From an uncultured Saprospiraceae bacterium (lineage in GTDB: Bacteria; Bacteroidota; Bacteroidia; Chitinophagales; Saprospiraceae), in contig CAZDHV010000007.1 of NCBI GenBank assembly GCA_964505335.1, positions 1 through 38,519 of the forward strand: DNA of 38,519 bases. Reading direction: 5' to 3'. The notes under the pieces were generated by a model. The model did no database searches and was not told the origin of the DNA. It was given only the letters and a program-made list of their open reading frames with translations. Positions 19,356 to 31,155 of the stretch are shown in pieces. Both the position numbers and the translations under genes were made by a program. Within the stretch, counting starts at the first letter, position 1. Each line of letters begins with the position of its first letter.

Positions 19356-19706
19356 ATGAGATCTTACACTAAGCTAGAGTCTAAGATGCTGTTGTTCATA
19401 CATGCGGCATACGAGGACAATAATTTCGCTATTGCTGAAAAGGAGTTCATAGAACGAAAGTTTAGCTCCACTAATATCGATCAGATCATTGAGGAGTATC
19501 AAGGGCTTGAACCTGGCCCAAAAATCGAGATCATTACTGACTTAGTCTACGACATGATCAATAACGAAAATAGTTTCAGTCAATTAAGAATGGAGCTTAT
19601 GCAGTTATTTGCTGTGGATGGTGATATCTGTCGATTTGAAAAAGGATTTTTAGAGCTCCTCGACAAAATGCAAAGAGCCTTGTCAATGACTGCCACTGCT
19701 GCTTAA
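19356..19706 (+). CDS. Hypothetical protein, TerB-like fold
   Basis: Two TerB-type helical hairpin motifs: HAAYEDNNFAIAEKEFI and LFAVDGDICRFEKGFL. Confidence 0.55.
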   Translation: MRSYTKLESKMLLFIHAAYEDNNFAIAEKEFIERKFSSTNIDQIIEEYQGLEPGPKIEIITDLVYDMINNENSFSQLRMELMQLFAVDGDICRFEKGFLELLDKMQRALSMTATAA

Positions 19707-19730
19707 CTGTCAGACTGAGTTATGCCAATG

Positions 19731-20813
19731 CTACAGTTTAAACCCAGCAGCAATAATCTGTTCTGCCGGTTTGTTTTGCGGAGTGAAATCAAGGCGATTG
19801 CGATCTCTTCGATTTCGTCCGTCGCCTCGCCATTGCCACAGGTGCATCCCAGCAAACCAGTTCTCATGCCATACCGTCTCAAACACCGATTGATAGGCAT
19901 TGGATTGTGTCTGAAATGATTGCTCAAACGTGGCGCCATTGTTATAATAGTCTATCCATTCCCATGGTTTAGAGGCGCCGTCCATTGTGCTTTTATATCC
20001 GATCTCAGTAAATAAGATAGGCTTGTTGAATTTGGCACTGAACCCCGCCAAGTCTGACGACTTACGCTCCCAGTATTGTTTTAATTCTGCCACGTCTGGA
20101 TTATCCTTATTAGTTAATGGGAAGTAGGCCTGGATACCTATGTAGTCTAGTTCATCCCAAAAGCTAATCGACTCATACTCCTTATACCAGTTGCCTGCAT
20201 AGGTCAGCTTGCCTTTATATACCGCTTTGACATCCTTAATTAAGCTACGCCAAAACTCTGGTTTGTTCTTGCTAAGACGGGTGAGCTCAGTGCCTATACA
20301 GAACATTTCCACTTCGGCTTGCTCAGCCATCTCCGCATAGAGTAAGATAAAAGAGCGGTAGCCTTCACTCCATGTGTTCCATTCGTCTTCATCGTCAAAA
20401 TATATATCAGAGCGCCACTTGCCATCAGCAGCATTGCGGATCCATATATGCGGCTTAAGGAATACTTTGAAGCCAGCTTCATGAGAAGCCTTGATCTGAC
20501 TGATCCAACGTTCATTACGCTCCTTGATATAATTAGGATCCTCGCTTCTGAAATATCTGATGTCTGGAGAGTCATGGCCATTTTGTCCAGCATAGGGTAC
20601 CAAGGTAATCCAGTCGGCATTGAGGCGAGATAGGTCTTCGTACGTGCTAGAATCCATCCTTCCGAATACATGGACCCCTCTGTGTTTATCTGTTGGCGCA
20701 ATGACCACTTGATGATTATCTTGACTGACGGGATAGTGGCAACAAGATAGACTTGCTATGATCAGAATGACCGCTAATACCACTGTTGTTCTACGAGAAT
20801 ATGGCTGACTCAT
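19731..20813 (-). CDS. GH113-like (clan GH-A TIM-barrel) glycoside hydrolase, probable lipoprotein
   Basis: Lipobox SLSC; GFKVFLKPHIW, IGTEL (acid/base Glu), LTYAGNW, DYIGIQAYFPL, ILFTEIGY (nucleophile Glu), GMHLWQW, FTPQNKPAE. Confidence 0.8.
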   Translation of the reverse strand: MSQPYSRRTTVVLAVILIIASLSCCHYPVSQDNHQVVIAPTDKHRGVHVFGRMDSSTYEDLSRLNADWITLVPYAGQNGHDSPDIRYFRSEDPNYIKERNERWISQIKASHEAGFKVFLKPHIWIRNAADGKWRSDIYFDDEDEWNTWSEGYRSFILLYAEMAEQAEVEMFCIGTELTRLSKNKPEFWRSLIKDVKAVYKGKLTYAGNWYKEYESISFWDELDYIGIQAYFPLTNKDNPDVAELKQYWERKSSDLAGFSAKFNKPILFTEIGYKSTMDGASKPWEWIDYYNNGATFEQSFQTQSNAYQSVFETVWHENWFAGMHLWQWRGDGRNRRDRNRLDFTPQNKPAEQIIAAGFKL

Positions 20814-20957
20814 TTTCGATTTTAAAAGTAATGCTACTATTACTACAATTTCAAAGTATCTGCAGACATAACATATAATTAATGATTGAATCCTATGGAT
20901 TACATGCTCATAACGCTACTCAGTATGCAGCTATATTGAGGTCATCATAGTCGAACA

Positions 20958-21848
20958 CTATCCGAATCGTTCCTTAATAAAATCATACAATTTGCTCATT
21001 CTCAAGTCTATGGTCGCTGGTCCTGTTCTGATGTAGAAGTGGTCAAGATTATCATTGGTCACATAACAAGGGATCGTTCCTGATTGGACATCTATGCGCA
21101 GAACCATCTTATCCTCGATATACTCGGTATGGTAGTGGATATGCTCCATATGTATGGCGCCAAGTCTGGCGTTAATGATGTTCGTGACGAACAGGAGCAT
21201 CTTATCCTCATTAGCGAATCTATCCAGCTCTAATCCTACTATTGAACCATCATCTGCTACTCCGACTATCAGGGTACCGCCATCAGAATTTAAGAATGCG
21301 GCAATGGTCTTGAGAATGGCATGCGTGATTCTGGTATCTTTTTTATCAGATTTTAGATTCCATCTGAGCGTTGACTTAAACTCTATATGATCGGTTTCTC
21401 CGGATGATATGATCTCCGTGGTACAGGTCTGTTGTATGGACTTGAGATAGTTAGTGACCCTTTTGCCAAGTCTTCTTACAATCTTTAAGCTTAATGCTGC
21501 CGAGACCTTGGCAGGGTCAAATAAGCAAGAAGTATTTATCGATATGATCTTGCTTTCTTCCTGTGATACCAGTCTGCCCAATCTGAAGTCGCCGTTAAGG
21601 ATGCCGATTTCACCGACTAGGTCATGAGGGGATAACTCAAGTTTAGAATTGTCAGGGAAATGTAGCGAAAGGACTCCTTCTAACAGAAAGAAAACTTGAT
21701 CAGGTAAGTCATCTATTTCCCATATGATCTGGTTAGTCTCAGCTGTTTTATACGAGAGAATCGTACTGAGTTGACTGATTTCGTTTGGATTCAACCCAGC
21801 AAAAACTTCATGCTGGGTGATTATTTCCACCATTTCCTGTTTAGTCAT
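20958..21848 (-). CDS. Cyclic nucleotide-binding domain + Schlafen/AlbA_2 domain fusion protein
   Basis: N-half: VFAGL...QVFFLLEG...LVGEIGILNGDFR (cNMP phosphate-binding cassette). C-half: GETDHIEFKSTLRW...KTIAAFLNSDGGTLIVGVADDG...FYIRTG (AlbA_2). Confidence 0.88.
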   Translation of the reverse strand: MTKQEMVEIITQHEVFAGLNPNEISQLSTILSYKTAETNQIIWEIDDLPDQVFFLLEGVLSLHFPDNSKLELSPHDLVGEIGILNGDFRLGRLVSQEESKIISINTSCLFDPAKVSAALSLKIVRRLGKRVTNYLKSIQQTCTTEIISSGETDHIEFKSTLRWNLKSDKKDTRITHAILKTIAAFLNSDGGTLIVGVADDGSIVGLELDRFANEDKMLLFVTNIINARLGAIHMEHIHYHTEYIEDKMVLRIDVQSGTIPCYVTNDNLDHFYIRTGPATIDLRMSKLYDFIKERFG

Positions 21849-21857
21849 ATCATCAGG

Positions 21858-22451
21858 TTATGCTGCCGATTTATAGCCTTCTTCCTGTATGACTTCTATA
21901 CAGTCTTTAAACTGTCGCTGGTGTCTTATGTACCATACGATCAGGCCCAAGACAATCAGGCCTCCAATGATGTAATACTTATATTCACCTATCGCAGAAA
22001 AAGAATTAAGCAAGGCGTCAGCGCAGAAGTAGGCCAACCCGCCAAAAACTGATAACCAGATCAGAGCAGCGATGGCGGAGTACAACGCAAACTTTGCGTA
22101 GCTCATATCTCTCAACCCGGACAGCAACAATATCACAGTATTCACGCCATATAGGAATTTGTAACTTATCAGCAGTAACACTGGATTTTTATCATACCAC
22201 TGACTTGAGCTATCTACTTTCTTACTCAGGCGACTACTTTTTTCTAAAAGTTTGCGCCCATGATTTTTTGCCAAGTAGAATTTAAACCACCCTTGGAGGT
22301 ATGTACCTATAAATGCGGCAATAATGGCTCCGAGTAGGCTTTGCTCACCCAGCTTAGCGCCGACAATTGACGCTGTCAGGAAAACCTCCCCTTCGAGAAA
22401 GGTTCCAATCAGGGTTCCAATAAAGCCACAAGCATTTGACATCATGTCCAT
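21858..22451 (-). CDS. DedA/VTT (SNARE-associated) family membrane protein
   Basis: IGTFLEGE motif, AFIGT...FYLAKNHG, KFLYGVNT, FALYSAIAALIW; several hydrophobic helices. Confidence 0.85.
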   Translation of the reverse strand: MDMMSNACGFIGTLIGTFLEGEVFLTASIVGAKLGEQSLLGAIIAAFIGTYLQGWFKFYLAKNHGRKLLEKSSRLSKKVDSSSQWYDKNPVLLLISYKFLYGVNTVILLLSGLRDMSYAKFALYSAIAALIWLSVFGGLAYFCADALLNSFSAIGEYKYYIIGGLIVLGLIVWYIRHQRQFKDCIEVIQEEGYKSAA

Positions 22452-22593
22452 AATCAAAGTTTATAGGATGCTATTTGTTAGGAGAGCATCTTTTTCTTGA
22501 GAATAAACAAGTATAACCCTTCAGAAACTGAAAGTAGATATCTAATGACGCATTTCTCATTGTAGATTGGGCATTATCTGTCCATAGCCGAGT

Positions 22594-22932
22594 TTAGTCT
22601 GTCACAAAATTAACCTTGGCGATCAATCCATCTTTGATTTGATATATGGCAATATAGTTCGAGCGATCTACTCCTGCTCTTCCAGTTATGATCTCCTTGT
22701 CTATTACTGTGTCACTCAGTACCATGCGCTGCACGACTTCTGAGTGAAGCTTCGGGGATCGGTCAAATATATCTTTATAGCGAGGTCTCAAGGCCTCTAT
22801 GCCGACTACAAATGGTTCATTGGTCCCAAGACTATATAGTTCTATCTCTGGGTGATGACATGCTACGAAGGCATCTATATCTCTGGTGTTATAAGCCTTA
22901 ACTTGTTTCTGGACTATTTCTTCTGGTGTCAT
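22594..22932 (-). CDS. SnoaL-like / NTF2-like family protein
   Basis: PEEIVQKQVKAYNTRDIDAFVAC...LHSEVVQRMVLSDTVIDKE...AIYQIKDGLIAKV. Confidence 0.85.
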   Translation of the reverse strand: MTPEEIVQKQVKAYNTRDIDAFVACHHPEIELYSLGTNEPFVVGIEALRPRYKDIFDRSPKLHSEVVQRMVLSDTVIDKEIITGRAGVDRSNYIAIYQIKDGLIAKVNFVTD

Positions 22933-23078
22933 GTGGTGTTATTTTAATCTTCAGAATTTATAAGCGAGTCGGATTATAGCTAAATTATAGAGTCATTAAT
23001 AATTATGGAAGTCTTTAACTCTATAATAGAGATAGATATTTAGCATTTTCACAGTTCTAACAAGATAATGCCGTTTAC

Positions 23079-26223
<3,145 letters not shown>

Positions 26224-26294
26224 ACGAGTTTTAATCGAAGTATGAGATTGAGAAAAGACAGGAAGTCGAGTTTATTACAACACTGATGTGATAA

Positions 26295-27032
26295 ATGATT
26301 AAAAGAGCCGCCCTCATAATCTTACTACTTGGTATTGCAACTATGGGAGTTCTCCAGTTTCCTGAGGCGTTTGTACCTAAGCAGTTAGATTATAAAAACT
26401 TCGAGCTTTACTCTAAGGATTCGATAGTTTTGAATGATGATTTAATAAAGGTATTGGACTCAGTCATAGTCAATATAAAGAAGAGTCAGTTTTATCAGGG
26501 TGATCAAGTCTTTGAGCTCTACTTTATCAAAGGGACTTTTTATGAGAGAGTAGCTCAGCTCTTCGGTGCAAATCATTTGGCTTCGTCCAAGTTTAATAAG
26601 CATCTTTATTTTGGTGATCCAAATTTTGCCCATAGTAAACTTGTTAAAGGATTAGAGGCACACGGCTGGGTAAACTTAGTGCAGATCATAAGCCATGAAG
26701 CTGTACATAGCCAAATGTATCAGGACTATTCACAATTTGGATTTATGAAGACCCAACCATGGATAAATGAAGGATATTGTGAGTATATATCATACGACCC
26801 ACAGAGAAATAAAGCCACTTATAATTTGGCTGACTTGTATCATAAGTACAAACATTCAGATAACGACTGGGTGGCGACTGAATATGCTTCGTTGACTCCG
26901 AGACTATATTTGAGAGACAGGATTATAATGGAATACCTAATGGATCATAAGGGGCTAAGCATCTTAGACATCATAGGAGATAGTCAATTGAATCCGGAGA
27001 CCATACTTACAGAAATAGATGGTCATCTATAG
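26295..27032 (+). CDS. Hypothetical N-anchored protein with HExxH zinc-metallopeptidase (gluzincin-like) motif
   Basis: N-terminal hydrophobic anchor; SHEAVH followed by PWINEGYCEY. Confidence 0.65.
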   Translation: MIKRAALIILLLGIATMGVLQFPEAFVPKQLDYKNFELYSKDSIVLNDDLIKVLDSVIVNIKKSQFYQGDQVFELYFIKGTFYERVAQLFGANHLASSKFNKHLYFGDPNFAHSKLVKGLEAHGWVNLVQIISHEAVHSQMYQDYSQFGFMKTQPWINEGYCEYISYDPQRNKATYNLADLYHKYKHSDNDWVATEYASLTPRLYLRDRIIMEYLMDHKGLSILDIIGDSQLNPETILTEIDGHL

Positions 27033-27094
27033 TCATGAGCAGAGAGGAGGAAATTGTCTTACGACTTTAGTCCTATAACCAGTAGGTGTGAAGA

Positions 27095-27685
27095 TCAAAG
27101 TGTTTTCTGGATACGCTTTAAGAAGGCGGCTACTTCAGCAAAAGCCCTTCCACGATGACTGATACTATTTTTGACCTCGGCGCTTAATACACCAAAGCTC
27201 TCGCTATATCCATCGGGCACAAAGATGGGATCGTATCCGAATCCTCCATTGCCAGTAGGGGACTGAGCTATATGGCCAGATACGATGCCCTCAAAAGTGT
27301 GTCGCTCATCATTGAGGATTAGCGCAACTACCGTCCTGAATTGCGCCTTTCGATTGTCCTTATCCACGAGCCCATTGAGGAGCTTGTTCATATTGTCTTG
27401 ATCACTGCGCTGTGAGCCTGCATATCTCGCGCTATATACGCCTGGCTCCATATCAAGTGCGAACACCTCAAGGCCTGTGTCTTCAGCGATAACATTACCT
27501 CCATATAATCTATGGATATGGTCTGTTTTTATCCAAGCATTTTCATTGAGAGTAGTACCTGTTTCGGCAATGTCTTCAGTAAAACCGATGTCCTTTAGTG
27601 TTTTCAATTGACACTGGTCTACACCAAGAATTTGGTTCACCTCGCTTGCTTTATGAGCGTTAGAGGTGGCAAATATGATTTCCAT
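27095..27685 (-). CDS. rdgB: Non-canonical purine NTP pyrophosphatase (RdgB/HAM1)
   Basis: FATSNAHK, EDTGL, PGVYSARYAG, GFGYDPIF, KNSISHRGRA. Confidence 0.96.
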   Translation of the reverse strand: MEIIFATSNAHKASEVNQILGVDQCQLKTLKDIGFTEDIAETGTTLNENAWIKTDHIHRLYGGNVIAEDTGLEVFALDMEPGVYSARYAGSQRSDQDNMNKLLNGLVDKDNRKAQFRTVVALILNDERHTFEGIVSGHIAQSPTGNGGFGYDPIFVPDGYSESFGVLSAEVKNSISHRGRAFAEVAAFLKRIQKTL

Positions 27686-27686
27686 A

Positions 27687-28136
27687 TTAAGATTGTTGAG
27701 GATAAAGTTTTTGCAATTCTGTCCAGAGCTTCATCTTGGCTTCTTTCTTCTCAGATAAGGTACTTAGCGATTCAGAGATTAGGATTGATAGCTCTCCAAT
27801 CATGGCGATGTGATACAACCGTTGATGTATGTTCAGTCCATTATTGTTCAAGTTTACTTCAAAGCTTAATAAGACTTTAGTATGTCCTTGCTGAATAACT
27901 TGATTTAGATGTGCCTGACCATTTTGATCTACGCTAACAAACTGAACCGAATCTAAGGTTTCGCCCACTGCGCTTAATATCTTGGACAAAAGCACCTTGT
28001 TGTCATCAGTCAGATCATGAGATTTACAGAGGACTATGGTTGTCGGTTGATTGGTACGGTCCGCACTGATATCTACCGTTTTCGAGGGCTCTATAATCTT
28101 ATATCGAGGATAGCTATCAAAATGTCCAAAAGTCAT
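27687..28136 (-). CDS. Hypothetical protein (resembles Bacteroidota proteins sometimes labelled DNA polymerase III psi-like)
   Basis: LLSKILSAV...SESLSTL...KMKLWTELQK pattern; 1 bp from the rdgB start, so probably co-transcribed. Confidence 0.5.
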   Translation of the reverse strand: MTFGHFDSYPRYKIIEPSKTVDISADRTNQPTTIVLCKSHDLTDDNKVLLSKILSAVGETLDSVQFVSVDQNGQAHLNQVIQQGHTKVLLSFEVNLNNNGLNIHQRLYHIAMIGELSILISESLSTLSEKKEAKMKLWTELQKLYPQQS

Positions 28137-28241
28137 AAATCGAAAGTATGTCTTATTCTTTCATTGTTATTGCATTTGAGCTTGAAACAATCAACATTGA
28201 TGGTATGAATTGTGTTAATTTTATGGGTATATACACAAGTC

Positions 28242-29302
28242 ATGAAAATAACTCGAGTAACGCAGTCTAAAATAGGTTCGGTAGACTTCAATGATTTACC
28301 ATTCGGTCGGATATGTAGCGATCACATGTACATTGCAGAGTATGCGAATGGCGAGTGGGGACCAGGAGAAATCAAACCACTGGAGAACTTTAGCATCCAT
28401 CCCGCCAACTTGACATTACACTATGGTCAGTCAATATTTGAAGGGATGAAAGCCTCGAAGCACCACGATGGAACTCCGATGTTATTCAGAGTTGACAAAC
28501 ATATCGAACGCCTCAATAATTCGGCTGTGCGAATGTGCATGCCAGAAGTTCCTGCTGAGATGTTTAGCAATGCAGTGCGAGAGTTAGTGTCGCTCGAGAG
28601 CGCATGGATACCACCGCAAGAGGGTAGTGCTCTATATATCAGACCTTTTATGTTCGCAACAGAAGAATTTGTCGGAGTCAGAGCTTCGGCAACATACAAG
28701 TTTGTAATATTTACCTGTCCAGTAGGTCCGTATTATTCGAAGCCCGTGAGCCTTCTAGCAGATAGCACTTATGTAAGGGCATGTCCCGGTGGTATAGGCG
28801 AGGCTAAGACTGCAGGCAATTACGCTGCATCACTCTATCCTGCTCAGAAAGCTAACAAGCTGGGTATGATCAGATTATGTGGATGGACCCATTCGAATTC
28901 AAGTATATCCAAGAAGTTGGCACCATGAACATCTTCTTTATCATAGGAGGTAAGGCCTATACGCCGGCTATTAATGGAGCTATCCTCAAAGGAATTACTC
29001 GAGATAGTATGATCCACGCAATGCGAGACAGAGGTATTGAGGTGATCGAAAAGAACCTTTCCATTGATGAAGTAATCGAAGCAAGCAGAGCAGGTAAGCT
29101 GCAAGAAGTATTTGGGACTGGCACTGCTGCCGTGGTGTCATTAGTTCATAAAATAGCTTACAAGGACACAGTGATCGAATTGAATCCAGAAAACTATCAA
29201 ATCGCTCCTTCGCTTAAGAAATATATTGATGGGATGAGAGTAGGGACTATCGACGACAAGTTTGGTTGGACTGAGCGAGTTGTAGAAGCTGTGATGAGCT
29301 AA
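28242..29302 (+). pseudogene. ilvE: Branched-chain amino acid aminotransferase, split by a one-base frameshift at ~28863-28865 (real lesion or sequencing error)
   Basis: 5' part: LHYGQSIFEGMKA, LYIRPF, EAKTAGNYAASL. 3' part in another frame: YDQIMWMD...EVGTMN...ILKGITRDS...EVFGTGTAA. One extra base restores KLGYDQIMWMD. Confidence 0.9.
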
Positions 29303-29378
29303 TATTCTTGACTTTTAGTTTCCAATGTAGGTAGCGCATCTCCGATTTGGTGTCTTATCAAAAGACAACCCTATCAAG

Positions 29379-30191
29379 ATGTTACAATTGAGATCTCTCT
29401 TATTGTCCTTTTGTTTATTGCCCTTCTGTCTATTGACTCAACTTTACGCAGATGAAGCTACAGTTTCAGATACTATAGATTTAGACCTTAAAGTCATACT
29501 CGAGGGAGCATATGATCCTGTTGATCAGCGGATGAATTCTGCACTGAAGGAGATCGGGTACTTACCTGGACAGACACCTCAGACGCTCTTTGGAGCGGCA
29601 ACAGGATCTGGACAACCGTACGGAGTTAATCCGTGGGTTTACGAGGGTGTAGAAGGACGAAATGAAGGTAACATCGAAGAGTTTTATCCCGAATCTACTA
29701 TTGATTGGATATTGGTGAGCTTAAGAAATGGAATCGAAAAAAGCACAGAACTGTTTCGAACGGCAGCTCTCCTACTAGCTAATGGTGAAGTATTAATCGT
29801 CAATCCCAAACCAATAGTTGTTGATGATTCAGAATGTTATGTTGTTGTTGAGCATCGCAATCATCTGATTGTTATGTCTCCACAACCTGTCCCAGTGATC
29901 AATGGCCGATTGACTTATGACTTTACACAATCCGATTCATATGTTTCTCTTCTTGGGCATGGTCAAAAAGAAATGAGTGATGGAACCTTTGCAATGTTTA
30001 TTGGCAATATAGAGCACGATGAACTCGGGATTAATGACATCAATATCAATGACTTACGAAACTTTATTGAAGCTAATGGTGAGCATAGTTCTTACTACGA
30101 AGCAGACGTGGATTTTAATGGAGACGTCAATGTTGTTGACCAGCAAAAGATTCTTGCCAACATGGGCGTATTTACTGAAGTACCACAGTGA
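29379..30191 (+). CDS. Secreted hypothetical protein with LEGAYD/HRNHL module and dockerin/EF-hand-like C-terminus (paralog 1)
   Basis: Signal peptide; KVILEGAYD, GQPY..PW.YEG.EG, IDWILVSLR, YVVVEHRNHL, DVDFNGDVNVVD, ends TEVPQ. Confidence 0.7.
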   Translation: MLQLRSLLLSFCLLPFCLLTQLYADEATVSDTIDLDLKVILEGAYDPVDQRMNSALKEIGYLPGQTPQTLFGAATGSGQPYGVNPWVYEGVEGRNEGNIEEFYPESTIDWILVSLRNGIEKSTELFRTAALLLANGEVLIVNPKPIVVDDSECYVVVEHRNHLIVMSPQPVPVINGRLTYDFTQSDSYVSLLGHGQKEMSDGTFAMFIGNIEHDELGINDININDLRNFIEANGEHSSYYEADVDFNGDVNVVDQQKILANMGVFTEVPQ

Positions 30192-30299
30192 TAAAGAAAT
30201 ACTGCAAGCTGGCTTACATTTCTGTCCTAATATCAAGCTTTTAATAGGTGCATAATGGAATATCGATTGTCATAATTATGTAGAACCAGAAACCAACTG

Positions 30300-31118
30300 A
30301 TGACAACTCTATTTTATAAAATGATGCTAATTCCATTCCTGGCATATACTTCTATGGCACAGCCGATAGAAACGTCAGGAACTGAAATAGAACTGTCACC
30401 ATCAAATATTAAATCTTACGTCTTTCTAGAAGGAGCGTACGATTCAGAGGAAGGGTTGATGCGGAACAAGCTCAATGAGCTTGGTTACCTACCTGGTATG
30501 AAGCCGAAAACATTCTTTTCTAAGAAAACTGAATCTGGACAACCTTACAAGTCGTATCCATGGAGTTATGAGGGCAAGGAAGGAATCGTCAAGACGAACG
30601 ATTACTACACCTACGATAAAAAAGTTGTTGACTGGGTACTCGTGAGTATCCGTGAGACAGAACATAACAACAGCACTGTATTTAGAGCCCCTGCTCACGT
30701 CTATGTGGATGGTCAGATTAAAATAGCCTCAGTAGGAGCTAAGTGTATGTTGGACTCTGAAAAGAAATATTACATCGTTATCGAACATCGGAATCACTTA
30801 GCTGTAATGTCAAAGCGACCTGTTTCCGTTGTGGATGGAAACCTATCATATGACTTCAGATATGATCAAGCGTATCAGGAAGGGCATAAAGAAATTGGAG
30901 ATGGTATGTATGCTATGATAGCTGGAAATGCGAATCCAAAGGATACGGAGCTCACTGCGGTTAGTATCGACGAAGATGATCTTAAGTCATGGGAAGGCGG
31001 TAATGGTTTGAACAGTAGCTACTTTATCCAAGATATTGATCTCAGCGGTGATGTATCCGTAAAAGATAAAGAGATCCTATTCAATAATATGGGATTGATC
31101 TCTACTGTACCACAGTAG
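30300..31118 (+). CDS. Secreted hypothetical protein, tandem paralog 2 of 29379-30191
   Basis: Signal peptide; VFLEGAYD, GQPYKSYPWSYEGKEG, VDWVLVSIR, YIVIEHRNHL, DIDLSGDVSVKD, ends STVPQ. Confidence 0.7.
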   Translation: MTTLFYKMMLIPFLAYTSMAQPIETSGTEIELSPSNIKSYVFLEGAYDSEEGLMRNKLNELGYLPGMKPKTFFSKKTESGQPYKSYPWSYEGKEGIVKTNDYYTYDKKVVDWVLVSIRETEHNNSTVFRAPAHVYVDGQIKIASVGAKCMLDSEKKYYIVIEHRNHLAVMSKRPVSVVDGNLSYDFRYDQAYQEGHKEIGDGMYAMIAGNANPKDTELTAVSIDEDDLKSWEGGNGLNSSYFIQDIDLSGDVSVKDKEILFNNMGLISTVPQ

Positions 31119-31155
31119 TTAACATAGTCTCTATATTCGCTGGCAAAAATCACAT

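Noticed and set aside
19731-20813. Gene-transfer-agent or phage TIM-barrel tail protein
   Set aside because: There are no phage or GTA genes nearby; the lipobox and intact catalytic glutamates fit a cellular GH113-like enzyme.
20958-21848. Ordinary CRP/FNR transcription factor, or a complete Pycsar/CBASS operon
   Set aside because: The C-terminal domain is AlbA_2 rather than an HTH, and no nucleotide cyclase or CD-NTase is visible in the window.
28877-29302. Independent 141-aa gene or programmed frameshift
   Set aside because: It is the C-terminal half of IlvE, and I see no slippery sequence or stimulatory structure.
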